Positions 50,338 through 60,751 of a stretch of 64,000 nt of DNA are shown here, in pieces. The stretch lies in NCBI GenBank assembly GCA_950097015.1, contig CATNEN010000039.1:15004001-15068000 (forward strand), in the 5' to 3' direction. The translations under genes and the position numbers were made by a program. The first letter of the stretch is position 1. Every line of letters starts with the position of its first letter. Under the pieces are notes generated by a model. The model worked only from the letters and a program-made list of their open reading frames with translations. It was not told the DNA's origin and did not search any database. This DNA is from Macrostomum hystrix. Taxonomy: Eukaryota > Animalia > Platyhelminthes.

Positions 50338-51442
50338 AGGTGTGGGTTCAATAGGATGCTGTGGGTTCTGTAGGATGGGTTCTGTAGGATGGTGTGGGTT
50401 CAATAGGATGCTGTGGGTTCTGTAGGATGCTGTGGGTTCTGTAGGATGCTGTGGGTTCTGTAGGATGGCCTTGAAGAGGTTCTGTGGGATGGCCTTGAAG
50501 AGGTTCTGTAGGACGGCCTTGAAGAGGTTCTGTAGGACGGCCTTGAAGAGGTTCTGTAGGACGGCCTTGAAGAGGTTCTGTAGGATGGCCTTGAAGAGGT
50601 TCTGTAGGACGGCCTTGAAGAGGTTCTGTAGGATGGCCTTGAAGAGGTTCTGTAGGATGGCCTTGAAGAGGTTCTGTAGGATGGCCTTGAAGAGGTTCTG
50701 TAGGATGGCCTTGAAGAGGTTCTGTAGGATGGCCTTGAAGAGGTTCTGTAGGATGGCCTTGAAGAGGTTCTGTAGGATGGCCTTGAAGAGGTTCTGTAGG
50801 ACGGCCTTGAAGAGGTTCTGTAGGATGGCCTTGAAGAGGTTCTGTAGGATGGCCTTGAAGAGGTTCTGTAGGATGGCCTTGAAGAGGTTCTGTAGGATGG
50901 CCTTGAAGAGGTTCTGTAGGATGGCCTTGAAGAGGTTCTGTAGGACGGCCTTGAAGAGGTTCTGTAGGATGGCCTTGAAGAGGTTCTGTAGGATGGCCTT
51001 GAAGAGGTTCTGTAGGACGGCCTTGAAGAGGTTCTGTAGGATGGCCTTGAAGAGGTTCTGTAGGATGGCCTTGAAGAGGTTCTGTAGGATGGCCTTGAAG
51101 AGGTTCTGTAGGACGGCCTTGAAGAGGTTCTGTAGGATGGCCTTGAAGAGGTTCTGTAGGATGGCCTTGAAGAGTTTCTGTAGGACGGCCTTGAAGAGGT
51201 TCTGTAGGATGGCCTTGAAGAGGTTCTGTAGGACGGCCTTGAAGAGGTTCTGTAGGATGGCCTTGAAGAGGTTCTGTAGGACGGCCTTGAAGAGGTTCTG
51301 TAGGACGGCCTTGAAGAGTTTCTGTAGGATGGCCTTGAAGAGGTTCTGTAGGACGGCCTTGAAGAGGTTCTGTAGGATGGCCTTGAAGAGGTTCTGTAGG
51401 ATGGCCTTGAAGAGGTTCTGTAGGATGGCCTTGAAGAGGTTC
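50338..51442. repeat. 19-to-24-bp minisatellite in kinase intron 1
   Basis: TGTAGGATGGCCTTGAAGAGGTTC, about 41 copies, preceded by shorter TGTAGGATGCTGTGGGTTC units. Confidence 0.97.
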
Positions 51443-51642
51443 TCTTGAAAACGTTGCGTAAAAAACGCAAAATTTCCCTATAAAATATCGAATATAAAGT
51501 TCCCTAAAATCCCCAAAAGCCAATTTCACTACGCAGTTGTCAAGCTGACGGAGAAATGTTAGTAAATTTCAAATAAAAATCGTGATAATAAAAAATTCCA
51601 TGATCCATATTCGTCAAGCAAAAAAATGGATCTCGTGTTTTA

Positions 51643-51970
51643 CTAGATCACGCGGAGTACCTCATCCTTACCCCCGTGTCACATCCCCGGGTAAACTAAC
51701 TTAGCAGAATAATAGCCCAGGTTGGCAAGGCAAATCCAATCGATTCTCCCGTAACAGTGGGAAATATCCACCAACAGCCTAGCTCACATCCGATTTGATA
51801 AAAAATTGAAGACAAAACTGACGAGATGAAACACTCCTAGTGGCTGTTTCATTATCTCGCATCAGATTCGGAGGTTAGCTGACTGACTGACAGGCTGGGT
51901 TGAGTAGAGAAAGTCATTTTATTTCTGTGCGCGCGTCGACAGTACGCACGCGCGTACTTATTAGGTTAGT
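51643..51970 (-). mobile_element. Possible non-autonomous Helitron-like element
   Basis: Minus-strand end CTAG|T with an adjacent imperfect GC hairpin, a (GACT)n patch, and an AGTACGC/GCGTACT hairpin at the other end; a loosely similar sequence lies near 7700-7810. Confidence 0.35.
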
Positions 51971-52149
51971 TTACTTTTTTACTACTTTGAGTAGTATAGC
52001 TGTGGTTTACGAGCAACGAGCCATTAAAAAACTCAAACTGAGTTCTTTTTGTAAACTTAAATAAACATTGTATTTTTTAAATAAAGCACTTTTTATAATA
52101 ACTGGCGCCTTACACTGCAAGCTTTTAATAAAAAGACAGCCATTTTACG

Positions 52150-52262
52150 CCGGAAGCTCGATATTTAGAAACACACCCACCTCACGCTGCCGCAAGCTCT
52201 ATATTTAGAAACACACCCACCTCACGGCGCCACAAGCTCTATATTTAGAAACACAATCACCT
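52150..52262. repeat. 40-bp triplicated unit
   Basis: ATATTTAGAAACAC at 52161, 52201 and 52241. Confidence 0.9.
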
Positions 52263-52308
52263 CTCTCAACCATAGACTATTACGTACACTTGTATTTGCT
52301 GCTCGCAG

Positions 52309-52605
52309 GACGCGAACATTCCTGGCGTTGCTCTAATGCGCGCAAGCTGTCCAACTGAGTGCATCGAGGTCTACAATTATTATCCCTGCGATCTGGCCGC
52401 CGCTGCTCGCGAAATTCGCGGCCGCATAAAATGCCTAACAGAGAGCTTTCTGTTCTACTGGGCGTTGCAACTGGCCGAAGCCATCACGGGATTGCACGAG
52501 CGGGGCATTCTTCACTGCGACATTCATCCAGAGAATGTTTTGCTGGATGCGGATGGCAACCTCTTGTTGCACGATTTCGGCCTATCAAAACGGCTGCCTG
52601 CTGAT
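52309..52605 (+). CDS. Divergent AGC-like kinase, exon 2
   Basis: Acceptor cgcag at 52308; LHERGILHCDIHPENVLL and HDFGLSK; donor GTAAGC at 52606. Confidence 0.8.
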
Positions 52606-52674
52606 GTAAGCGCTTTTGTAGTTTTGTTTTATACGAGTTGCAAAAAAAATCTCGGTGCCATCCGAAAACCGCAG

Positions 52675-53292
52675 GTTTGGCAAACCCCAAATCGTCGCAG
52701 AACCGCCGGCTGGGTTAAGATTCCTAGAAAATTTCGCGACGACGCTCGCCAGTTCGCCATGCTTCAGGCCGGCTGGTGGCCGCCGGAGCTCGAGGATGCC
52801 TTTCGCGCAGGCAGCGGCTTCGGCGTGGGCGGTGGTAGCGTCAGAAATGGCATCGGTGGTGGCAGCGGTGGGATGACCACAATGCACATGAATCACACTG
52901 TCGACTGGTACGGCCTAGGCGCGACCCTGTTCGTGCTGCGCACCGGAAGCTACCCGTTAAGACACTTCTCAGAGACGCAGCTCGCGCGCATGCTGCAGAG
53001 ACCCGGCCAGCAGCTGCAGGACCAGGAGCACTTGACACCGAATTTTAGTCATTTCATTCTTCAACTGCTGCGCGAAAAAATTCCCGATAGGTTAGGCCAC
53101 GCCGGCGACGGTCGCGAAGTTCTTAGCCACGTCTGCGTCCGCTCCAGCCCGCTGTTTCGCTGCTGCGACAGCTGGGAGCAGCGCCGCGAGCGGATTCGAC
53201 AGCGTCAGCTGCCGGCGCCCTATCGCATTGTGTGGAGCTGGCCCGAGTTTGTTCAACGGCTAGAACACTATAAACTGCCGCGTCTGGTTTGA
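52675..53292 (+). CDS. Divergent AGC-like kinase, terminal exon
   Basis: WWPPE, VDWYGLG, DRLGHAGDGREVLSH and PAPY resemble the AGC C-lobe and tail; follows an inferred 69-nt in-frame intron. Confidence 0.75.
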   Translation, partial: VWQTPNRRRTAGWVKIPRKFRDDARQFAMLQAGWWPPELEDAFRAGSGFGVGGGSVRNGIGGGSGGMTTMHMNHTVDWYGLGATLFVLRTGSYPLRHFSETQLARMLQRPGQQLQDQEHLTPNFSHFILQLLREKIPDRLGHAGDGREVLSHVCVRSSPLFRCCDSWEQRRERIRQRQLPAPYRIVWSWPEFVQRLEHYKLPRLV

Positions 53293-53429
53293 CAGTGCAC
53301 TACTACACTTAGTTAGTTATCCGCTGATTGTCCTTGCCAAATACTTGTGAATAATGTGATATAACTCGTATTAGCAGAAGGATATAGCAATCTGATTTTT
53401 AATCCTACTATACTAAAATTTGATAGGGC

Positions 53430-55626
53430 AGGGGAACAGGTGAGAATGGTAGGAGAACAGGTGAGAATGGTAAGAGAACAGATGAGAATGGTAGGAGAAC
53501 AGGTGAGAATGGTAGGAGAACAGGTGAGAATGATAGGAGAACAGGTGAGAATGGTAGGAGAACAGGTAAGAATGGTAGGAGAACAGGTAAGAATGGTAGG
53601 AGAACAGGTAAGAATGGTAGGAGAACAGGTGAGAATGGTAGGAGAACAGGTGAGAATGGTAGGAGAACAGGTGAGAATGGCAGGAGAACAGGTAAGAATG
53701 GTAGGAGAACAGGTGAGAATGGTAGGAGAACAGGTGAGAATGATAGGAGAACAGGTGAGAATGGTAGGAGAACAGGTAAGAATGGTAGGAGAACAGGTAA
53801 GAATGGTAGGAGAACAGGTAAGAATGGTAGGAGAACAGGTAAGAATGGTAGGAGAACAGGTGAGAATGGTAGGAGAACAGGTAAGAATGGTAGGAGAACA
53901 GGTAAGAAGGGTAGGAGAACAGGTGAGAATGGTAGGAGAACAGGTGAGAATGATAGGAGAACAGGTGAGAATGGTAAGAGAATAGGTGAGAATGGTAGGA
54001 GAACAGGTGAGAATGGTAGGAGAACAGATGAGAATTGTAGGAGAACAGGTGAGAGTGGTAGGAGAACAGGTGAGAGTGGTAGGAGAACAGGTGAGAATGA
54101 TAGGAGAACAGTTGAGAATGGTAGGAGAACAGGTGAGAATGGTAGGAGAACAGGTGAGAATGATAGGAGAACAGGTGAGAATGGTAGGAGAACAGGTGAG
54201 AGTGGTAGGAGAACAGGTGAGAATGGTAGGAGAACAGGTGAGAATGGTCGGAGGACAGGTGAGAATGGTAAGAGAATAGGTGAGAATGGTAGGAGAACAG
54301 GTGAGAATGGTACGAGAACAGGTGAGAATGGTAGGAGAACAGGTGAGAATGATAGTAGAACAGGTGAGAATGGTAGGAGAACAGGTGAGAATGATAGGAG
54401 AACAGGTGAGAATGGTAAGAGAATAGGTGAGAATGGTAGGAGAACAGGTGAGAATGGTAGGAGAACAGATGAGAATTGTAGGAGAACAGGTGAGAGTGGT
54501 AGGAGAACAGGTCAGAATGGTAGAAGAAAAGGTGAGAATGGTAGGAGAACAGGTAAGAATGGTAGGAGAACAGGTAAGAATGGTAGGAGAACAGGTAAGA
54601 ATGGTAGGAGAACAGGTGAGAATGGTAGGAGAACAGGTGAGAATGGTAGGAGAACAGGTAAGAATGGTAGGAGAACAGGTAAGAATGGTAGGAGAACAGG
54701 TAAGAATGGTAGGAGAACAGGTAAGAAGGGTAGGAGAACAGGTGAGAATGGTAGGAGAACAGGTGAGAAAATTGTAGCTAAGCAGGGGAGAATGGTCGGA
54801 GAACAGGTGAGAATGGTAGGAGAACAGGTAAGAATGGTAGGAGAACAGGTGAGAATGGTAGGAGAACAGGTGAGAATGGTAGGAGAACAGGTGAGAGTGG
54901 TAGGAGAACAGGTGAGAATGGTAGGAGATCAGGTGAGAATGGTAGGAGAACAGGTGAGAATGGTAGGAGAACAGGTGAGAATGGTGGAAGAACAGGTGAG
55001 AAAATTGTAGCTAAGCAGGGGAGAATGTTAGGAGAACAGGTGAGAATGATAGGAGAACAGGTGAGAATGGTAGGAGAACAGGTGAGAATGGTAGGAGAAC
55101 AGGTGAGAGTGGTAGGAGAACAGGTGAGAATGGTAGGAGATCAGGTGAGAATGGTAGGAGAACAGGTGAGAATGGTAGGAGAACAGGTGAGAATGGTGGA
55201 AGAACAGGTGAGAAAATTGTAGCTAAGCAGGGGAGAATGGTAGGAGAACAGGTGAGAATGATAGGAGAACAGGTGAGAGTGGTAGGAGAACAGGTGAGAG
55301 TGGTAGGAGAACAGGTGAGAATGATAGGAGAACAGTTGAGAATGGTAGGAGAACAGGTGAGAATGGTAGGAGAACAGGTGAGAATGATAGGAGAACAGGT
55401 GAGAATGGTAGGAGAACAGGTAAGAGTGGTAGGAGAACAGGTGAGAATGGTAGGAGAACAGGTGAGAATGGTCGGAGGACAGGTGAGAATGGTAAGAGAA
55501 CAGGTGAGAATGGTAGGAGAACAGGTAAGAGTGGTAGGAGAACAGGTGAGAATGGTAGGAGAACAGGTGAGAATGGTCGGAGGACAGGTGAGAATGATAG
55601 GAGAACAGGTGAGAATGGTAGGAGAA
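53430..55626 (+). repeat. 21-bp purine-rich satellite (GAACAGGTGAGAATGGTAGGA)
   Basis: About 104 units starting roughly 140 bp after the kinase stop. Confidence 0.98.
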
Positions 55627-56077
55627 AGGGAGTAAAGTGAGTATGTTATGTTTTGCTGAATTCCATGTGTCTGCGTTTTTTCGTTTAGGCGATGAAAAAT
55701 GTTACTGTTATATTCTCTGTTGGTACTTCTACAATTTAATGAACTTATTATTTATGATTATCGTGTTTTTTTTGTTCACTTTATTCACAAGTGTAGATTC
55801 TTATCAGCCTACTTGTCAGTAGAAATTAGCGTTATATTATGCTAAAAAGCGCGCGCCAATGCAATGTATTATTTACTAATTACCCTTGAAAGCCCTTTAT
55901 TCATTTTTTGTTATAAACTGTTGCCCTAGTATATATGCGTTATTACCTGTCAACGACTGCTGAACAATATAGAAGTTACCTGTTAGAGTTCTTAAAAATA
56001 TTTCCGCGCAGATAGAAACTAAACTAAACTCTCATTTCCATTGTTTGTTGTACTAATTCAACTGTAAAGACACGTCA

Positions 56078-57312
56078 CTACAGACACTGTATTGATAAGA
56101 TACACTGAACAATAGACACTGTATTGATAAGATACACTGAACTACAGACACTGTATTGATAAGATACACTGAACTACAGACACTGTATTGATAAGATACA
56201 CTGAAGTACAGGCACTGTATTGATAAGATACACTGAACTACAGACATTGTATTGATAAGTGACACTGAACTACAGGCACTGTATTGATAAGAGACACTGA
56301 ACTACAGACACTGTATTGATAAGAGACACTGAACTACAGACACTGTATTGATAAGAGACACTGAACTACAGGCACTGTATTGATAAGAGACACTGAACTA
56401 CAGACACTGTATTGATAAGAGACACTGAACTACAGACACTGTATTGATAAGAGACACTGAACTACAGACACTGTATTGATAAGAGACACTGAACTACAGA
56501 CACTGTATTGATAAGAGACACTGAACTACAGACACTGTATTGATAAGAGACACTGAACTACAGGCACTGTATTGATAAGAGACACTGAACTACAGACACT
56601 GTATTGATAAGAGACACTGAACTACAGACACTGTATTGATAAGAGACACTGAACTACAGACACTGTATTGATAAGAGACACTGAACTACAGGCACTGTAT
56701 TGATAAGAGACACTGAACTACAGGCACTGTATTGATAAGAGACACTGAACTACAGACACTGTATTGATAAGAGACACTGAACTACAGGCACTGTATTGAT
56801 AAGAGACACTGAACTACAGACACTGTATTGATAAGAGACACTGAACTACAGGCACTGTATTGATAAGAGACACTGAACTACAGACACTGTATTGATAAGA
56901 GACACTGAACTACAGACACTGTATTGATAAGAGACACTGAACTACAGACACTGTATTGATAAGAGACACTGAACTACAGACACTGTATTGATAAGAGACA
57001 CTGAACTACAGACACTGTATTGATAAGAGACACTGAACTACAGGCACTGTATTGATAAGAGACACTGAACTACAGGCACTGTATTGATAAGAGACACTGA
57101 ACTACAGACACTGTATTGATAAGAGACACTGAACTACAGACACTGTATTGATAAGAGACACTGAACTACAGACACTGTATTGATAAGAGACACTGAACTA
57201 CAGGCACTGTATTGATAAGAGACACTGAACTACAGGCACTGTATTGATAAGAGACACTGAACTACAGACACTGTATTGATAAGAGACACTGAACTACAGA
57301 CACTGTATTGAT
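56078..57312. repeat. 32-bp minisatellite (AGACACTGTATTGATAAGAGACACTGAACTAC)
   Basis: About 38 units; internal AGACACTG dimer. Confidence 0.97.
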
Positions 57313-57938
57313 ACTGAACAATGAACACTGATCTATTTCTTGGAAAGCCCTGCAATCAGCGGTTTTAAAATCGCGGGACATTTTAACAAAACACGTTTCC
57401 TTATTCCTTTATTCCAGTTAAGTTTAACTAACTGACTCCACTGCGTGCTCGGAACACACAATTGCAGCTAAAAACTATTTGCTTCCTGCTAGCTAAAGCA
57501 AATAGCTTGTCACATCTATGCACAACCCGGCCTTTCTAGACTGCCTTATTAAATCAAAGAAAGCGAAGACACTCGCTGGCTGATTCGCACTAGCTGTATA
57601 GCCCCAATGTGGACACATCCGGTTTGTTCGTCCGTGCGCGCTCATGTGTGCATTAGGAATTCCGAAGTTCAAATTTCTCCCATAGGTAGAAAGGAACCAC
57701 CTGTTGGGAAAGTGAATAATTATCCCATAGCAAAGGCCGGATATTGCGATTGGGTTTAACTATAGGCTGATGGACAGAAAAAAATGAAGAAGTGCAAAAA
57801 TATTCAAATAGGAAATTTGTCTGTTTTGCGTGTTTCAAATGAGTTTTTAGCCAACAGTTTTTTGCAATCGTACTTCTGAATGAGAGGTCCGCGGTTCGAT
57901 TCTCAGGCCTAATTCCCAAGTGCTTCGTTGTGAAAGCA

Positions 57939-58180
57939 GGGGGGTTAGTGGCAGAGCGTTTAGTAACGCGTTTGCCTTCCTGAGCTCAATTCCGCGTCGC
58001 GATGGCCGCGGAGAGAAAGTCAGGGCGGATGTACACGCCTGTGTGTGAGCGTATGCCTGCGTACAGTACCTGTGTGCTCAGGAGTCAGCGAAATGGGCAG
58101 AATTGCCTCCTCGCTGGCTGCGGGTCTGGTGTCACCAAATGATGTGTCAATGTGCCCGCAGCCCTCCTGCAATTATTATT
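57939..58180 (+). mobile_element. SINE family 1 copy
   Basis: Shares AAAGTCAGGGC, GAGTCAGCGAAATG, TTGCCTCCTCGCTGGCTG and CCCTCCTGCAATTATTA with the 27105 copy. Confidence 0.85.
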
Positions 58181-59289
58181 TTTTTATCGTTGTGAACACA
58201 ATTGACTGTGTTGGAAACATTTTCAGAGATTTCCGTTTTCGTCTTTCCCTTTTTCGAAAATTTCGAAAACAGTTTTGGGATTTTTTTATTGACATTTAAA
58301 AGAGATTGCCACAGTGCAATCCCGCTTGTCTTTCCCTCTGCGATCCGAATGGGATTAACTTCGGCCCGTTGAGTCCAGTCTTTGCAAAGCTTTTATCCCG
58401 TAGTTTTCTCCCAATAGGATTTTTAAAGCGAAGTGCTTCGGTAAACTATGTCAGGACACTATACCTACCTTTTATCTTTCAATTTTGCTTTTTAAAAAAA
58501 CGTCGGCATGACACAGGCTTTTGCAGGTAAATAAAGTAGGGTCCTATTAGTTTATTGGCAATGAATTACTGAAAGCAAGTATTTCCCAGCTAGTCTGTGC
58601 ATGCAGTAGGTATAAGCAAGGGTTATGCATGTGAGGAGGTCAGTATCACTACTGCTGGAATCGATCTAGGCTGCCTACAAAAATCAATTTCGCCTTTTGC
58701 CTTCCCCCTACATCAGGCTACCAACCTCCCCCCCGCTCCACCTCATCGTCCTGCTCTCCACTCTCTTTTTTTGAGTGCGTTGCATTGCCTTCTTGGATTT
58801 CTAAGGGCCTGATTTCTCCAATCCTGCCAACCGCTCCCTTCCCTCATCTCACACACTCGCTTTCACTTTTTCCTTCTATCTGGATAATTTTCGGAATTAC
58901 CGTTTGCAAACTTCTACTAGTATAGCATTTAGTTCTTTAGGAGTTTGGACTCGGAAACTGTTCCAGTTGTAATCGCATTGCTGGGTTTGGCCGGATTAGA
59001 TTACAGCAGCCTATATCAACTGCGGTCGCATTGTCACTATCGCACAGTCTAAAACAATTCTCGCACAGTAGATTCCGTAACAACAGCCGGTTATAAAATA
59101 TTAATGAATTGATTAGCTGATTTAGGCCCAAAATCTAACTCAATCTCATTGTTGATCTAGACTCACGAGGCCAATTTTCTACCGTAGTAAAAGCCTCAGT
59201 AATACAATCCCGCTTAACTTCATTGTAATAAGATCAGCAAGTTTATTAAGGGCTGGTCATGTTGTGTAGACCTACTGATTTTTTTCACT

Positions 59290-60160
59290 GTCGATAACTG
59301 AAGTTCAGTATCGAATAAAAAGTCGAAACCTGATGTTTACTATCGAATAAAAATTCGATACCTGATGTTCAGTATCGAACAAAAAGTCGATACCTGATGT
59401 TCAGTATCGAATAAAAAGTCGATACCAGATGTTCAGTATCGAATAAACTGTCGATACCTGATGTTCAGTATCGAATAAGCTGTCGATACCTGATGTTCAG
59501 TATCGAATAAAAGGTGGATACCTGATGTTCAGTATCGACTAAAAAGTCGATACCTGATGTTCAGTATCGAATAAACTGTCGATACCTGATGTTCAGTATC
59601 GAATAAACTGTCGATACCTGATGTTCAGTATCGAATAAAAGGTGGATACCTGATGTTCAGTATCGACTAAAAAGTCGATACCTGATGTTCAGTATAAAAT
59701 AAAAAGTCGATACCTGATCTTCAGTATCGAATAAAAAGTCGATACCCGATGTTCAGTATCGAATAAAGCGTCGATACCTTGTTTAGTATCGAATAAACAT
59801 TCGATACCTTGTTTAGTATCGAATAAACATTCGATACCTTGTTTAGTATCGAATAAACATTCGATACCTGATGTTCAGTATCGAATAAACGGTCGATACC
59901 TGATGTTCAGTATCGAATAAAAAGTCGATACCTGATCTTCAGTATCGAATAAAAAGTCGATACCCGATGTTCAGTATCGAATAAAGCGTCGATACCTTGT
60001 TTAGTATCGAATAAACATTCGATACCTGATGTTCAGTGTCGAATAAAGCGTCGATAACCGAAGTTCAGTATCGAATAAAGCGTCGATACCTGATGTTCAG
60101 TATCGAATAAAAAGTCGAAACCTGATGTTCAGTATCGAATAAACATTCGATATCTGATGT
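59290..60160. repeat. 32-bp minisatellite (CCTGATGTTCAGTATCGAATAAAAAGTCGATA)
   Basis: About 27 units, each with a GTATCGA/TCGATAC inverted repeat. Confidence 0.96.
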
Positions 60161-60751
60161 TAGATCCCGAACAGAGTTATGAACATCACTATTGATAATT
60201 CGTTTTCAATGCCGCAGAATTTCGATAGTGGTCCACTTAAAGTAATTGATTTCTATTTCCCTCTGAAACTAATAGCCTGGCAAAATTTTCGAGTTCTAAT
60301 TGAGTGCTAATTGAGTACGAGTACCATCCAGGTAAGTGCCCACCCGATCCCCAGTTCTGGTTCCCCATTCAGCTCTGAAATCCGATAGTCAAACCAATTT
60401 GAGAGCGGATTTTATCCCAAACGCTTTTACAGCTTGAAAATGGGAGCGCCTCGTTAAATTTTATTGAAAGCTCTGGGCACAAAAGCTCTTTGTTACTCAG
60501 ATTTCGAGTCAGCGATTTTGTCAAGTGCTTCTTACGACCATAGATTTTTCACCTCATGAAAGCTAGGATAAATTTTTCCACTTAACTATTCACACAATGG
60601 CCAGTCACCCCAAATCCAGATTGAGTGGGCGGCTGACTGACGGAACTGGGCTGTAGGGCGCCAGTCATAAATCAAATGGACTTACGGAAGACATTAGCCC
60701 CATTGTTTTCCTATGCAAGTGGAGCTCAGTCGCAAAACTTATCAGCTGCAT

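Noticed and set aside
58306-58812. Short ORFs including LCDPNGIN (Penelope-like PxGLN motif)
   Set aside because: A single short motif with no supporting domain context.
59290-60160. Tandem hammerhead ribozymes
   Set aside because: The core reads CTGATGTT rather than CTGANGA, and a properly placed GAAA is lacking.
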